A DNA stretch of 64,000 nucleotides, taken from Bdellovibrionota bacterium FG-1. Its GTDB lineage: Bacteria > Bdellovibrionota > UBA1018. Below the pieces are notes generated by a model. It saw only the letters and a program-made list of their open reading frames with translations. It did no database searches and was not told where the DNA came from. The translations under genes and the position numbers were made by a program. The stretch is from positions 1-64,000 of the forward strand of contig JBBCAW010000031.1 of NCBI GenBank assembly GCA_051382295.1. Direction: 5' to 3'. Shown here piece after piece: positions 39,680 through 50,081 of this stretch (the first letter of the stretch is position 1; each line of letters begins with the position of its first letter).

Positions 39680-40694
39680 TCACAGGCCTATTCTAGTCAT
39701 CACCCCAGGAGACCCTCACGGGGTGGGGCCTGAGATCGTTTGGAAGGCCTTGCGTTCCCGCATAAACCGGAAAAAGTGGGGCCGCCTTTCGATGCTTTGT
39801 GTCGGCGCCCGAAAACCTTTTGATCAAATGGGCGCTCCCGTTATCGAGGCTGACCCCTCTCAACTCATTTATCCCAGGCAAAAAGGTCCCTTTATTTGGC
39901 TGCTCCCAGCTCCAACCCGCGCGCCACGTGGAGCGCTTCTTCCGGGCTTTCAGTCGGGTTGGGCCATTCAAACCGCAGCCCAATTAATTCAAAGAGGACA
40001 AGCCAAAGCCCTCATTACGGGCCCGATTAGCAAAGAGCGCCTTCAAAAAGGAGGCTTTCCCTATGTTGGCCACACTGATTTTTTAGCCGATCTGTGCGGA
40101 ATAAAAGAAGATTTTACAATGATGTTGGCCAACGAAAAGCTCCGGGTTTCATTAGTCACCACACATCTTGCCCTAGCAGACGTTCCGAAAGCCCTAAATC
40201 GCCATAAGATTCGTCGCGCCGTTTTGCAAACCGCCTCTCATCTTCGCGACTGGTGGGGAATTTCACGGCCACGGATTGGGGTAGCCGCCCTCAATCCTCA
40301 CGCAGGAGAGGGCGGCATCCTCGGATCCGAGGAACGCACGCTGATTACCCCAGTATTACGTGAACTCCGAAGATCTGCTCGCGGCCATTACCAAATTGAA
40401 GGCCCCCTGCCCGCCGATACTCTATTTGCGGGCCACCTCTCAACCCCCCGGTCCGAGCGCTTTGACGCAGTGGTGTGTATGTATCACGACCAGGGACTCA
40501 TTCCCGTCAAGTTGCTTGATTTCCCCAGGACCGTGAATGTAACTTTGGGGCTTCCCTTGATCCGTACTTCAGTCGATCATGGCACGGCTTTCGATATTGC
40601 CGGAAAGGGTATGGCCGACCCCTCTAGCCTTGAATCAGCGATTGCTTTAGCCATTCAAATTGTTCAGACCCGAGATAAAAAAGGACTCTCTTGA
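39639..40694 (+). CDS. pdxA: 4-hydroxythreonine-4-phosphate dehydrogenase
   Basis: T.GDP.GVGPEI, GHTDFLA, LNPHAGE.G..G.EE, PADT.F, MYHDQGLIP.K, IRTSVDHGTAFDIAG. Exact start uncertain. Confidence 0.95.
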   Translation: MERPLLPDFPARPNHRPILVITPGDPHGVGPEIVWKALRSRINRKKWGRLSMLCVGARKPFDQMGAPVIEADPSQLIYPRQKGPFIWLLPAPTRAPRGALLPGFQSGWAIQTAAQLIQRGQAKALITGPISKERLQKGGFPYVGHTDFLADLCGIKEDFTMMLANEKLRVSLVTTHLALADVPKALNRHKIRRAVLQTASHLRDWWGISRPRIGVAALNPHAGEGGILGSEERTLITPVLRELRRSARGHYQIEGPLPADTLFAGHLSTPRSERFDAVVCMYHDQGLIPVKLLDFPRTVNVTLGLPLIRTSVDHGTAFDIAGKGMADPSSLESAIALAIQIVQTRDKKGLS

Positions 40695-42136
40695 TGACTC
40701 TCCAAATTTACGCCTCTATTTTTCGTGAGTACGATATTCGTGGCATCGCTGGACGCGACCTTACCCCGGAGTTTGCGGAATGCTTGGGCCAAGCTTACGC
40801 CATGTACATTGCCAGCCGCACTCCGGTAGCAGGACGAAACCGACTCACGGTTTCGGTGGGTCGTGATTGCCGCCTCTCCAGTGATTCGTATGCCGAAGCC
40901 CTGGTTCAGGGAATGCGAAAAGGGGGCCTGGACGTCATCCGTCTTGGCATTTGCCCCACGCCGCTCACTTATTTCAGCCTTTTTCATCTCAATCTAGACG
41001 GTGGGATCATGGTCACGGGCTCACATAACCCCGCTGATTATAATGGCTTCAAAACTTGTGTTGGCCGAGACACGATTCATGGCAGCCAAATCCAAGAACT
41101 TCGCGCGCTCATGGAAAAAGTCGCGGCTGGTCACGCACCTAGGCCCACGGAAGGAAAGGTCTCTGACTACGCCATTATTCCGCCTTATATTGATCACCTG
41201 GTCAAAGGGGCGCGCCCGCTTAAACGTAAGAAGGTCGTACTCGATGCGGGCAACGGCACCGCCTCAACCGTGGCGCCCGAGCTTTTCAAGCGTTTAGGGG
41301 CCGAAGTGATTCCGCTTTATTGCGAGCTCGACGGCCGCTTTCCCAATCATCATCCGGATCCTACTGTTCCGGACAATCTGAAAGAACTCGTCGCCTCAGT
41401 CAAAAAGAACGCCGCTGACTTTGGCGTGGGTTACGACGGAGATGCCGATCGCATCGGCCTGGTCGACGAGACCGGCCACATCATCTATGGTGATGAGCTC
41501 ATGGTGATGTTCGCACGCGATGTCCTCAAAGAACACCCGGGCGCCACCATTATATCCGAAGTCAAATCCAGCCATAAACTCTACACCGATATCGCCGCCA
41601 GGGGCGGCCACGGAATTATGTGGAAGACCGGGCATTCCCTCATTAAATCCAAAATGAAAGAAACCAAAGCTGCGCTGGCGGGCGAGATGTCGGGACATAT
41701 TTTCTTTGCCGACCGGTATTTTGGCTATGACGACGCCATTTATGCATCCATGCGCGTCCTTGAAATCGCCAGCATTACGAGCGGCCCGCTTTCTACCACG
41801 ATTGCGGATCTTCCAAAAACCGTCTCCACCCCAGAAATTCGGGTTGATTGCGAAGAAGAAAAAAAATTCGCCCTCGTCGAAGAAACCAAGCGACGTCTCA
41901 CTGCTCTTGGAAAATATAAGATCAACGACATTGACGGTGTTCGTGTCGACTTTGGCGATAGTTGGGGACTGGTTCGCGCCTCCAACACTCAGCCTGTCCT
42001 CGTGCTACGATTCGAAGCGCCCACCCAAGAAATTCTGGACTCTTCGCGCCGGATTGTTGAAACTGCTCTGAAAGAGGCGGCTCTCGCTGTTGGGCATGCG
42101 CCGATCAATACCCATGGAAGTGGAGCAGGACATTAA
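40691..42136 (+). CDS. Phosphomannomutase/phosphoglucomutase (AlgC-like)
   Basis: [35 protein letters not shown]. Confidence 0.95.
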   Translation: MMTLQIYASIFREYDIRGIAGRDLTPEFAECLGQAYAMYIASRTPVAGRNRLTVSVGRDCRLSSDSYAEALVQGMRKGGLDVIRLGICPTPLTYFSLFHLNLDGGIMVTGSHNPADYNGFKTCVGRDTIHGSQIQELRALMEKVAAGHAPRPTEGKVSDYAIIPPYIDHLVKGARPLKRKKVVLDAGNGTASTVAPELFKRLGAEVIPLYCELDGRFPNHHPDPTVPDNLKELVASVKKNAADFGVGYDGDADRIGLVDETGHIIYGDELMVMFARDVLKEHPGATIISEVKSSHKLYTDIAARGGHGIMWKTGHSLIKSKMKETKAALAGEMSGHIFFADRYFGYDDAIYASMRVLEIASITSGPLSTTIADLPKTVSTPEIRVDCEEEKKFALVEETKRRLTALGKYKINDIDGVRVDFGDSWGLVRASNTQPVLVLRFEAPTQEILDSSRRIVETALKEAALAVGHAPINTHGSGAGH

Positions 42137-44747
42137 GGAAAAACGAGTTCCTTTGCCAGACGAAGCAATCGTCATTCGCGGGGCAAAGGTTCACAACCTC
42201 AAGAATATTAGCGCGGTCATTCCGCGTGATCGCCTCGTGGTGTTGACGGGGCCATCGGGATCAGGCAAGTCATCTCTGGCTTTCGACACCATCTATGCCG
42301 AAGGTCAGCGCCGCTATGTCGAAAGTCTCTCGGTCTACGCGCGGCAGTTTTTGGAGCAGCTCGGAAAACCCGACGTTGAATCGATTTCCGGCCTTAGCCC
42401 CACGATCTCCATCGAACAACGCACCACCAGTTACAATCCGCGATCGACTGTTGGTACCGTTACTGAGATTTATGACTACCTGAGACTATTGTTTTCGCGC
42501 GTTGCGAAACCTTTTTGCTGGAGTTGCGGCAAAGCCATTCGTTCGCAATCACCCCAGCAGATCACGGACCATATTTTATCGTCCGCTGACGGCACCAAGC
42601 TCGCGATTCTTGCTCCTATCGTGCGTGGCCGAAAAGGGGAGTACCAAAAAGAAATCGCGCAACTTCGTCAGCGGGGCTTTGTTCGGGTCCGCATAGACGG
42701 CGAGGTCTTAGATCTTTCAGAAGATGTTTTTCTCGATAAGAATAAGAAACACGATATCGATGTCTATGTTGATCGGTTAATCATTAAGGGCGACCGCGGC
42801 ACCTTGGCGACGCGCGTGAGTGATTCAGTGGAACTCGGCCTGAAACTCTCCGATGGCTTACTCGTACTTGAAGTAATCGACGGCAATGATCGACAAGAAA
42901 CGCTGATGTCTGAAAAATTTGCATGCCCGGACTGTCATATCAGTTATCCTGCCCCCGAGCCTCGAACGTTTTCATTCAATAGTCCGATGGGCGCCTGCCC
43001 GAAATGCGATGGCCTCGGCGTGGATCCCGCTGCTCAGAAGAGTACCGACGAAGAGGGGGCTCTTACCGAGGACGCAGACCGAGTGACCTATCCACATGAG
43101 GTCACGGCAGAAAATGCGCCATGTCCCGAATGCAAAGGTAGTCGTCTTCGCAAAGAAAGTCTTCATTTCAAACTGCAAGAAACCAGTATTTCCGACCTCT
43201 GCCGCCTTTCCATTGGAGACCTCGGACATTTTTTTAAGGCACTCGTACTGTCAGAGCGCGAACATCGGATTGCGGATCGAATCTTAAAAGAAATCCATGA
43301 ACGACTTCGCTTTTTGGCCGAGGTGGGCGTGGATTATCTGAGCCTCGGCCGAAGTGCTCAAACCCTTTCGGGTGGGGAGGCCCAACGCATTCGGCTTGCC
43401 ACCCAAATAGGAAGCTCCCTGGTCGGTGTCATTTATGTCCTCGATGAGCCCTCTATTGGACTTCATCAGCGAGATAATCACAAACTCATTCAAACACTGA
43501 CGCGTTTGCGCGATCTGGGCAATACGGTCCTCGTCGTTGAACACGACCGAGATACGATTGAGGCCGCTGATTGGATCTTGGATTTAGGCCCTGGCGCAGG
43601 AACCCAAGGCGGTGAAATTATCGCCTCGGGGACCCTCCAAGATATTTTGGCAAGCAAGGCCAGCATTACGGGCAAGTATCTGAGGGGCGAATTTGAGATT
43701 CCAGTGCCCCAGATCCGGCGCCCGTGGAGTAAGGATCGTGTGATTCGGATTGAGGGCGCGACGCAAAACAATCTCCAAAATACCACCCTTGATTTTCCAC
43801 TCGGCGTTTTCACCTGTATCACCGGAGTATCCGGAAGCGGCAAAAGCACGCTCGTTCTGGACACCCTGTATCGTGCCCTTTTAAGCCACCTCTATAGGGT
43901 CGATTCTGGAAACTTGGGGTTTAAATCGCTTACGGGTCTTGAACATATCGATAAGGTGATCGATATCGATCAAAGTCCCATTGGTAAAACGCCCCGCTCC
44001 AATCCAGCCACCTATACGGGGCTCTTTAGTTTGGTCAGAGAGCTTTTTGCCCAGCTTCCCGAGTCGCAGATCCGGGGTTACGGGCCAGGCCGGTTTTCAT
44101 TTAACGTCAAAGCCACAAATAAGGGTGGGCGGTGCGAGGCCTGCGAGGGTGATGGCCTAAAAAAAATTGAAATGCATTTTTTGCCCGACGTCTTTGTCCG
44201 ATGCGACATTTGTCAGGGTCGGCGCTACAATCGCGAGACGCTTGAAATCCGCTTCAAGGGTAAAAACATTGCGGACGTTCTCGAGATGACGGGGGCCGAC
44301 GCCTACGAGTTTTTTGATGCTATTCCAGGCATCAAGGCCAAACTCAAAGTTCTAAACGATGTGGGACTGGGTTATCTTCATCTCGGTCAAAGCGCCGTCA
44401 CGCTCTCCGGTGGCGAAGCCCAGCGAATTAAGCTCTCCAAAGAGCTTTCCAAGCGCGGTACCGGCCGCACGGTTTATATTTTAGATGAGCCCTCGACTGG
44501 TCTTCATTTTGAAGACATCAACAAGCTGATCAAGATCCTGCAAGCCCTTGTGGAGCAGGGCAACACGGTGATGGTGATTGAGCACAATCTGGATATCATT
44601 AAGGTGGCCGACCACATTATTGACATGGGCCCAGAAGGGGGCGCAGCGGGGGGACTCATTGTCGCACAGGGAACTCCCGAGGAGGTGGCGCAGGTTTCTT
44701 GCAGTTACACGGGGCAGTTTCTGAAACCTTATCTCAAAAAGAAGTGA
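42090..44747 (+). CDS. uvrA: Excinuclease ABC subunit A (true start may be slightly downstream)
   Basis: Two ABC ATPase domains ([26 protein letters not shown] twice) and zinc fingers. Confidence 0.96.
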   Translation: MGMRRSIPMEVEQDIKEKRVPLPDEAIVIRGAKVHNLKNISAVIPRDRLVVLTGPSGSGKSSLAFDTIYAEGQRRYVESLSVYARQFLEQLGKPDVESISGLSPTISIEQRTTSYNPRSTVGTVTEIYDYLRLLFSRVAKPFCWSCGKAIRSQSPQQITDHILSSADGTKLAILAPIVRGRKGEYQKEIAQLRQRGFVRVRIDGEVLDLSEDVFLDKNKKHDIDVYVDRLIIKGDRGTLATRVSDSVELGLKLSDGLLVLEVIDGNDRQETLMSEKFACPDCHISYPAPEPRTFSFNSPMGACPKCDGLGVDPAAQKSTDEEGALTEDADRVTYPHEVTAENAPCPECKGSRLRKESLHFKLQETSISDLCRLSIGDLGHFFKALVLSEREHRIADRILKEIHERLRFLAEVGVDYLSLGRSAQTLSGGEAQRIRLATQIGSSLVGVIYVLDEPSIGLHQRDNHKLIQTLTRLRDLGNTVLVVEHDRDTIEAADWILDLGPGAGTQGGEIIASGTLQDILASKASITGKYLRGEFEIPVPQIRRPWSKDRVIRIEGATQNNLQNTTLDFPLGVFTCITGVSGSGKSTLVLDTLYRALLSHLYRVDSGNLGFKSLTGLEHIDKVIDIDQSPIGKTPRSNPATYTGLFSLVRELFAQLPESQIRGYGPGRFSFNVKATNKGGRCEACEGDGLKKIEMHFLPDVFVRCDICQGRRYNRETLEIRFKGKNIADVLEMTGADAYEFFDAIPGIKAKLKVLNDVGLGYLHLGQSAVTLSGGEAQRIKLSKELSKRGTGRTVYILDEPSTGLHFEDINKLIKILQALVEQGNTVMVIEHNLDIIKVADHIIDMGPEGGAAGGLIVAQGTPEEVAQVSCSYTGQFLKPYLKKK

Positions 44748-44751
44748 TGCG

Positions 44752-45615
44752 ATGCGCGTTGCGGTGATCTCGGACCTTCACGGAAATTATCGCGCCCTTG
44801 AGGCCGTGATCGAAGACATCTCGCGGCAAAACGTCGACCTGACGGTTTGCGCCGGCGACATTATCGATCCTTTTCGTCGCTCTCTAGAAACCTGGCTCAA
44901 ACTCAAATCTTTGAAAATTCCCTGCCTTCGCGGCAATCACGAAGACTACTCGATGATCTACCATCACCGGCCAGACATCCGACCGGAGATTCGGACCGCA
45001 GTTCACTTCAAGCCGGTCCAACTCGTCGCCCAACATTTGGGCCCCGTCATCGCGAGCGAACTCGGGGCCTTGCCTTTGAGCTATACGGTTCCTGGCCCCG
45101 GCGGCGATGACCTTTTTATTTGCCACGCCTCCCCGTTAGCGAATAATCGAAGTTTTATCTACGGAATCGACGAAGACCTTTCCAAAAGTCTTCGGTCTAT
45201 TTCAGCTTCGACGATCGTGGCCGGACACATTCATCAACAGTGGGTCCATCAGTGGTCGGACAAGACCTTAATCCTCGCCGGAAGCCTTGGCCTACCTCTT
45301 TCTGGAACCCCTGAGGCCGAGTACCTAATCATGGAGTACCGAAAAAGCTGGACCCCTGTTCACCGCAAGATTCCCTATGACCAAGCCGGTGCGCTTGCCG
45401 AATATGCTGAAAGTGGCTGGCTTGTCGAGGGTGGGCCCATTGCATGGTTACTTTACGATGAGTTGCGATGTGCCTGGCCGAGGCTCGCGCATTTTATACC
45501 TGACATGTTGAAACGTGCAGACGCCGCGACCTTGCTTTTGGAGGATTGGCAGAGAGAGGCGCGACGGTATTTACTCGAGGTGGACGGTTGGGAGCGCATT
45601 CAAGGGTTGGTTTAG
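44752..45615 (+). CDS. Calcineurin-like metallophosphoesterase
   Basis: SDLHGN, GD, GNHE, CHA, GHIH motifs. Confidence 0.9.
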   Translation: MRVAVISDLHGNYRALEAVIEDISRQNVDLTVCAGDIIDPFRRSLETWLKLKSLKIPCLRGNHEDYSMIYHHRPDIRPEIRTAVHFKPVQLVAQHLGPVIASELGALPLSYTVPGPGGDDLFICHASPLANNRSFIYGIDEDLSKSLRSISASTIVAGHIHQQWVHQWSDKTLILAGSLGLPLSGTPEAEYLIMEYRKSWTPVHRKIPYDQAGALAEYAESGWLVEGGPIAWLLYDELRCAWPRLAHFIPDMLKRADAATLLLEDWQREARRYLLEVDGWERIQGLV

Positions 45616-46850
45616 ACCACCAACCAATGCATGGGCAACACCACTTCTCGTTCATTCAGAAACAAGGCCTGGGACTTCGGATGCGTATAAATCACCTTGG
45701 ATTGAGAAAAGTGCTTTAAAACGCTCGCTCCGGACGCCTTTTCAGAGCGCTGCGGAAGCACCTCTTCGCAGGGAATGATCCCCAGGGTGCAATGCTCACC
45801 TTGAACACAAAGAGGCACAATCGCACCGCCACGAGTCGAATATTGAAAAAATCGGACCGACAATTTGCCGGAGTATTCAGCCTGCCCCCTCATATGAAGG
45901 AAAATAAAATGCTTGTACGCCGTCATGCCGGAAAGCTTGAGTGGTGTAGCGGCTCGGGCCTCCGCGAAATCTTCGAAATAATAGACGATCGACCTGGAAT
46001 CGCCTTCGGCGGCTAAGGGCCGAATCAAAAAGACAGCTTCAAACGCATAGAGGAGCTTCTGAAGCGTGGGCACGGAAATGGCGGTCTCCCTGCTCATTTG
46101 CGTGAGGCGAATCGGGGTCCCTTGGGTCTCGGCCAAAAAACGCACGGCCTCCGCAATTTTGTAATCCGGAAGGGTGGTTTCATAAACCTGCCTAATGTCC
46201 CGTTCTAGAATGGTCCTTAGAATGTCCTTATGTCGCTTCATCCGAGAAACCGCGTCATGCAGGAAGCATATGCCAGGCATACCTCCTGTTTCTAGATAGC
46301 GCGACACGGCGGCTTGGCCCTCCTTCGAGGACAAGGGGCTCGAAAAAAAATTCGCCAGGTTCGAATCAAACACTGGTTTTTTAAGAAGGCGCTCAAGATG
46401 ATCGGGGAGGGGACGCTGCAGGTTTTCCGAAACAAGCATCGGAAGAAGTTCCAGATTCAAAATACGGCCCGTCAAGGACTCCTGAATGGCCTTTCGGCTC
46501 GTGAATTTTACCGAGCCCGTGAGTAAAAACTGGCCCGGCATTTTGTGCGTACGAACCCACTCCTTAAGTTCCGAAAAAAGGGGCGGCGCCTTTTGACACT
46601 CGTCAATAACCAGCGGAACTAGCGGCCTTTTAGCCAGGCCAGTCAACGCATGGCTTTTCAGGAACTCTAGGGGAGTCTCGTTCGCCTTCCTGAGGTTTTC
46701 CGTGGCATCCAACGTCAGATATTGCCCACAAATACCTTCACTGATTGTGGTTTTTCCGATTTGCCGATGTCCAATCAGGCCTGTGATTGAACTTTGCGTC
46801 ATTGCTTTTCCAATCAAAGGCTCTAGGTGACGTTTCCGCGTGTGTGGCAT
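45612..46850 (-). CDS. AAA_14 ATPase with C-terminal DUF4143-like domain
   Basis: GHRQIGKTT, IDECQK.P.L, FLLTGS, ESLTGR, Y..TGGMP, ERDI, HTH-like region. Confidence 0.85.
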   Translation of the reverse strand: MPHTRKRHLEPLIGKAMTQSSITGLIGHRQIGKTTISEGICGQYLTLDATENLRKANETPLEFLKSHALTGLAKRPLVPLVIDECQKAPPLFSELKEWVRTHKMPGQFLLTGSVKFTSRKAIQESLTGRILNLELLPMLVSENLQRPLPDHLERLLKKPVFDSNLANFFSSPLSSKEGQAAVSRYLETGGMPGICFLHDAVSRMKRHKDILRTILERDIRQVYETTLPDYKIAEAVRFLAETQGTPIRLTQMSRETAISVPTLQKLLYAFEAVFLIRPLAAEGDSRSIVYYFEDFAEARAATPLKLSGMTAYKHFIFLHMRGQAEYSGKLSVRFFQYSTRGGAIVPLCVQGEHCTLGIIPCEEVLPQRSEKASGASVLKHFSQSKVIYTHPKSQALFLNEREVVLPMHWLVV

Positions 46851-46858
46851 GCCCTTAT

Positions 46859-46921
46859 GAAAATAGCATCGGATGCAAAAACAATAAAGGGGTTTAGTAA
46901 AAATGCATCCGATGTATTTTC
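46859..46921. repeat. Inverted repeat with palindromic arms upstream of the AAA ATPase (putative operator)
   Basis: GAAAATAGCATCGGATGCA (46859-46877) is the reverse complement of TGCATCCGATGTATTTTC (46904-46921) except for one indel. Confidence 0.7.
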
Positions 46922-46985
46922 ACTAAAAACTGGGTCCTAGTCCCAGGCGCCTCGCCCAAACCCCAGGACCCAACTCAAACAAAAA

Positions 46986-47303
46986 TCAGCGGCCGCGTAC
47001 GATCGTGCAGTACTCAGCCCAAAGACCCAGAATCGATTTAGCCTTTTCATCGACCGAAGAAATCATCGTGATCCCACCATTACGACGAGCGGCTTCAATA
47101 CTAGAATCGCCCGTGGCAATCAGTCCAAGAATCGAAGACGCACACGCCTCACCCACGCGATTTCCAGCCTGGTTAGAAGTTGCGGCAACACCCGAGCGCA
47201 CATCGGCGTACCAAAAGCCACTTACTGGTGAACGTGCAGTGGCACAGCCCATCAAAACAACCACCGACGCAATCGCCAAAAATCCAAATTTCAAGTGCTT
47301 CAT
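46986..47303 (-). CDS. TRL-like lipoprotein
   Basis: Lipobox LMGC; GEACASSILGLIATGDSSIEAA...GGI..IS.VD....ILG....CTIVRG. Confidence 0.85.
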   Translation of the reverse strand: MKHLKFGFLAIASVVVLMGCATARSPVSGFWYADVRSGVAATSNQAGNRVGEACASSILGLIATGDSSIEAARRNGGITMISSVDEKAKSILGLWAEYCTIVRGR

Positions 47304-47342
47304 CTCTATCTCCCTGCTGTTAATCGTGAATATTCATTCGAG

Positions 47343-47370
47343 AGTCTAACAGGGACGTGGAAGGGGTCAA
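47343..47370 (-). promoter_or_regulatory. Putative sigma70 promoter for the TRL lipoprotein
   Basis: Minus strand TTGACC, 16 nt spacer, TGnTAGACT. Confidence 0.55.
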
Positions 47371-47380
47371 GAAGGGATAG

Positions 47381-47425
47381 AAAATAAAAAAGACCGAGTC
47401 TGGAAAGCTCCCAGACCCGATCTTT
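47381..47425 (-). terminator. Rho-independent terminator after atpE
   Basis: Minus strand AAAGATCGGGTCTGG-GAGCTTT-CCAGACTCGGTCTTT hairpin followed by TTTATTTT. Confidence 0.75.
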
Positions 47426-47458
47426 ATAAAACCTAATCACGTCTCAAACGACGAAATC

Positions 47459-47764
47459 TCAGTGAATCTTAACGAAGGCGATAACGAATGCGTACAAAAC
47501 GAGTGATTCGATCAGCGCCAAACCGATAATCATCGGAACGAAGATCTTGCCTTGAGCAGCCGGATTACGTGCAATCCCTTCAAGAGCGCTTGCCGCGGTC
47601 TTTCCTTGGCCGAGAGCGCCGCCAAAAGCAGCGATCGCGATACAAAGACCTGAGGCGAGGTTGGCAAACGGATCCGACGAACCACCTTCTGCTGCCATGG
47701 CTACAGAAGTGCCAAGAGTCATCGACAAGGTGCAAAATACAAGTAGGGCTTTACGGAAGCTCAT
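47459..47764 (-). CDS. atpE: ATP synthase F0 subunit c
   Basis: GxGxGxG-like IAAFGGALGQG, ARNP, LALIESLVLY. Confidence 0.96.
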   Translation of the reverse strand: MSFRKALLVFCTLSMTLGTSVAMAAEGGSSDPFANLASGLCIAIAAFGGALGQGKTAASALEGIARNPAAQGKIFVPMIIGLALIESLVLYAFVIAFVKIH

Positions 47765-47786
47765 TTGGAATGTCCTTTCTTTCCAA

Positions 47787-48497
47787 TCAATGGTCGTGTG
47801 CTATCGACAGTGAAATATAGACCATCGTCATCAAGCAGAAGACGAAAGCCTGAATAAAGGCCACAAATACCCCTAACCCGTAAAAAATGACGGGAAGGAA
47901 TAATGGAACCAATCCGCTAAAAACATGGAGAACAACGTGGTCGCCCATAATATTTCCGCGCAAACGAAGCGCCAAGGAAAGGGGGCGAAAAATATGAGAG
48001 GCCAATTCAATAATGAGCATCAATGGCGCCAACCAAATCATCGGCCCCAGAAAGTGCTTCAAATAGGCTACCCCATGGGCCCGTAGACCTGCGTAATTGT
48101 AATAAACAAAAACAAAGGTCCCAAGCGCCAAGGTTGTATTGAGATTATCCGTCGGAGGCAAAAAACCAGGAATCATGCCTACTAGATTCGAAAAGAAAAT
48201 AAAAACAAAGAGAGTTCCCACGACAGGGAAATAAATCGGAGCATCATGTTGACCAATGACGCCTTCGGTAAGTTTAAATAGGCCTTCCGCCATGATTTCG
48301 AAAAAACCGCGATAGGTCATCTTCGACTCAGGAACCAGTCCACCCTCTGCTGATCTCATCACGGCGTTCAGTTGCGCGCGCGCGACAAAGGTGGTCAAAA
48401 CCAGTGTCACGGCCACAAAAATGGCCATAACCACGTGATTCGGATACTCTCCGAGACCAATCAGGGACAACCACGTAAAAACTTTACCCTCATGCAT
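47787..48497 (-). CDS. atpB: ATP synthase F0 subunit a
   Basis: SNLVGMIPG..PPT.NLN, RPLSLALRLRGNI..DH, IQAFVF..MT.VY. Start moved to ATG 48497. Confidence 0.95.
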   Translation of the reverse strand: MHEGKVFTWLSLIGLGEYPNHVVMAIFVAVTLVLTTFVARAQLNAVMRSAEGGLVPESKMTYRGFFEIMAEGLFKLTEGVIGQHDAPIYFPVVGTLFVFIFFSNLVGMIPGFLPPTDNLNTTLALGTFVFVYYNYAGLRAHGVAYLKHFLGPMIWLAPLMLIIELASHIFRPLSLALRLRGNIMGDHVVLHVFSGLVPLFLPVIFYGLGVFVAFIQAFVFCLMTMVYISLSIAHDH

Positions 48498-48891
48498 GAC
48501 GTAATACTTTCTGGCTCCACCAGTACCCACCTAAAAGCGGGGTAACAATTAACGTCGACGACCCCAACACCATTCCCAACGTAGGAATAGTGGAGCTACG
48601 TAACAAAATTAAGCCTAAGATTCCCAGGCAAGCTAACTTAATCACACCCCAATAGGAAGCTTGAATTACGAGAGCCCCTCGTTTTTTTCCGGTCATGGTG
48701 GTTAGCCCAAGCACTGCACCCACGGCTCGCGCGAGCGCATAAAGATCTAAAAGACAAAAAGCCCAAATTAAGGCCATCCACCCAAATGTTTTGATGGGGG
48801 GTTGTGCTGTCGATGAAAAAACGAAACAAACCACTGCTCCCAAAACAAGCCAGCCAAGCCCGACCCAAATAAAAGGCTGGAGCTGTTTCAT
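48490..48891 (-). CDS. AtpI-like 4-TM membrane protein
   Basis: Four hydrophobic segments with the IKL motif, immediately upstream of atpB. Start uncertain (48891 or 48951). Confidence 0.6.
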   Translation of the reverse strand: MKQLQPFIWVGLGWLVLGAVVCFVFSSTAQPPIKTFGWMALIWAFCLLDLYALARAVGAVLGLTTMTGKKRGALVIQASYWGVIKLACLGILGLILLRSSTIPTLGMVLGSSTLIVTPLLGGYWWSQKVLRHA

Positions 48892-48947
48892 ATCAACTGA
48901 ATTTTCAATGGAAAGTTCCGCGTTTTTCAAATCCGTAACTCCGAAAG

Positions 48948-49190
48948 TCAAAAAACATCTCGTTGCGTCGTCTTATAAAGTCGAATCATGGAAATCGCGA
49001 GGCCGCCCAAACTCGCTAACAAAAGAACCCACCAAGGTGCGCCCCATTTTTTCCAAGCCAAATATCCAATCCCAATACCTGCTCCAGTAAATCCGATGAG
49101 ATCTCCCAAAATCAGGGAAAAATACCCAAAACTCCGCATCCAATGATCCTCGTTGGCGCTATTATCGGGTGGTTGCTTTTGTTTTTTCAT
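48948..49190 (-). CDS. AtpZ/AtpI (ATPase gene1) family protein
   Basis: Two TM helices with G..IGY......G.PW..L....GG; first gene of the atp F0 cluster. Confidence 0.75.
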   Translation of the reverse strand: MKKQKQPPDNSANEDHWMRSFGYFSLILGDLIGFTGAGIGIGYLAWKKWGAPWWVLLLASLGGLAISMIRLYKTTQRDVF

Positions 49191-49201
49191 GGAACGTCAG
49201 C

Positions 49202-49230
49202 GGGTTAACACGGTGAGTTTTGTTTTTCAA
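49202..49230 (-). promoter_or_regulatory. Putative promoter of the atp F0 cluster
   Basis: Minus strand TTGAAA, 17 nt spacer, TGnTAACCC. Confidence 0.45.
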
Positions 49231-50081
49231 TGAATCCTTTGAGCTTGGCGTTCGCGGATACGAGCCAGCTTGATAGCAATCACCTGAGGAGCGGGGTAGC
49301 TCAATCGGAGATCCTGGTACGCGTGATATGCTGCGTTAAGTTGCCCTAGTTCTTCTAAACAATTAGCTATTCCAAACTTGGCTTGTGGGACGAGTTCGCT
49401 TTTCGGATACATTTTAAGAAAAGCCTCATACGCGGTGATGGCCTCCTGATAGGATCCCCCGCCGGCGGCATGCTCTCGAGATGCCTTTCCTGGGCGCTGC
49501 TCTCCTCGCGTATAGTGAGTCACTCCAATCTCAAGTGCTGACTTCTCCGCCCATACCGTACCTTTAAACCTCATGATGATTTGCCGATAATCGGAAACTG
49601 CCTCATCAAATTGCCAAAGAAAAAAATGACTTTTTGCAATACGAAACTCAAACTCCGGAACCTCCGAAGCGTCCGGTTTGAGTTTCACCAGACCTTCATA
49701 GTGGGCGATGGCTCGGTCATATTGCTCAGTTTTTGAAAATAGAATTTCGCCAATCTGTTTTTGCGCATCCCAAGCCAATTGGGGGTCGACGCCGGGAGAC
49801 TCGGCATAGATCTTAAATTTTTTGACCGCATCTTCATACTGGGACAAAAATAACGTCTGCGTCGCTGCTGCTCTAAAAAGGGCCTGTAACCCAAGCTTGC
49901 TTTTGGGGTCCTTGGCAGTCACCTTGTCAAACTCTGACACGGCGGAAGAATACTTTCCGTCTGTCCACAGTTTTTCGGCCAAAATATACCGCTTTTTCGT
50001 ACTATTTGAGGTGCACCCGGCCACGCTTATCACCATTCCGATACAAACCCCAAGCGTAGCCAGGGTACGAAGCATGATCAA
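49227..50081 (-). CDS. TPR lipoprotein (BamD/CpoB-like repeats)
   Basis: Lipobox VAGC; TPR repeats such as [31 protein letters not shown]. Confidence 0.75.
   Translation of the reverse strand: MIMLRTLATLGVCIGMVISVAGCTSNSTKKRYILAEKLWTDGKYSSAVSEFDKVTAKDPKSKLGLQALFRAAATQTLFLSQYEDAVKKFKIYAESPGVDPQLAWDAQKQIGEILFSKTEQYDRAIAHYEGLVKLKPDASEVPEFEFRIAKSHFFLWQFDEAVSDYRQIIMRFKGTVWAEKSALEIGVTHYTRGEQRPGKASREHAAGGGSYQEAITAYEAFLKMYPKSELVPQAKFGIANCLEELGQLNAAYHAYQDLRLSYPAPQVIAIKLARIRERQAQRIH

Noticed and set aside
46931..46972. TGGGTCCT...AGGACCCA inverted repeat as a terminator for the TRL gene
   Set aside because: An 8-bp stem with a 26-nt loop is too weak to call.
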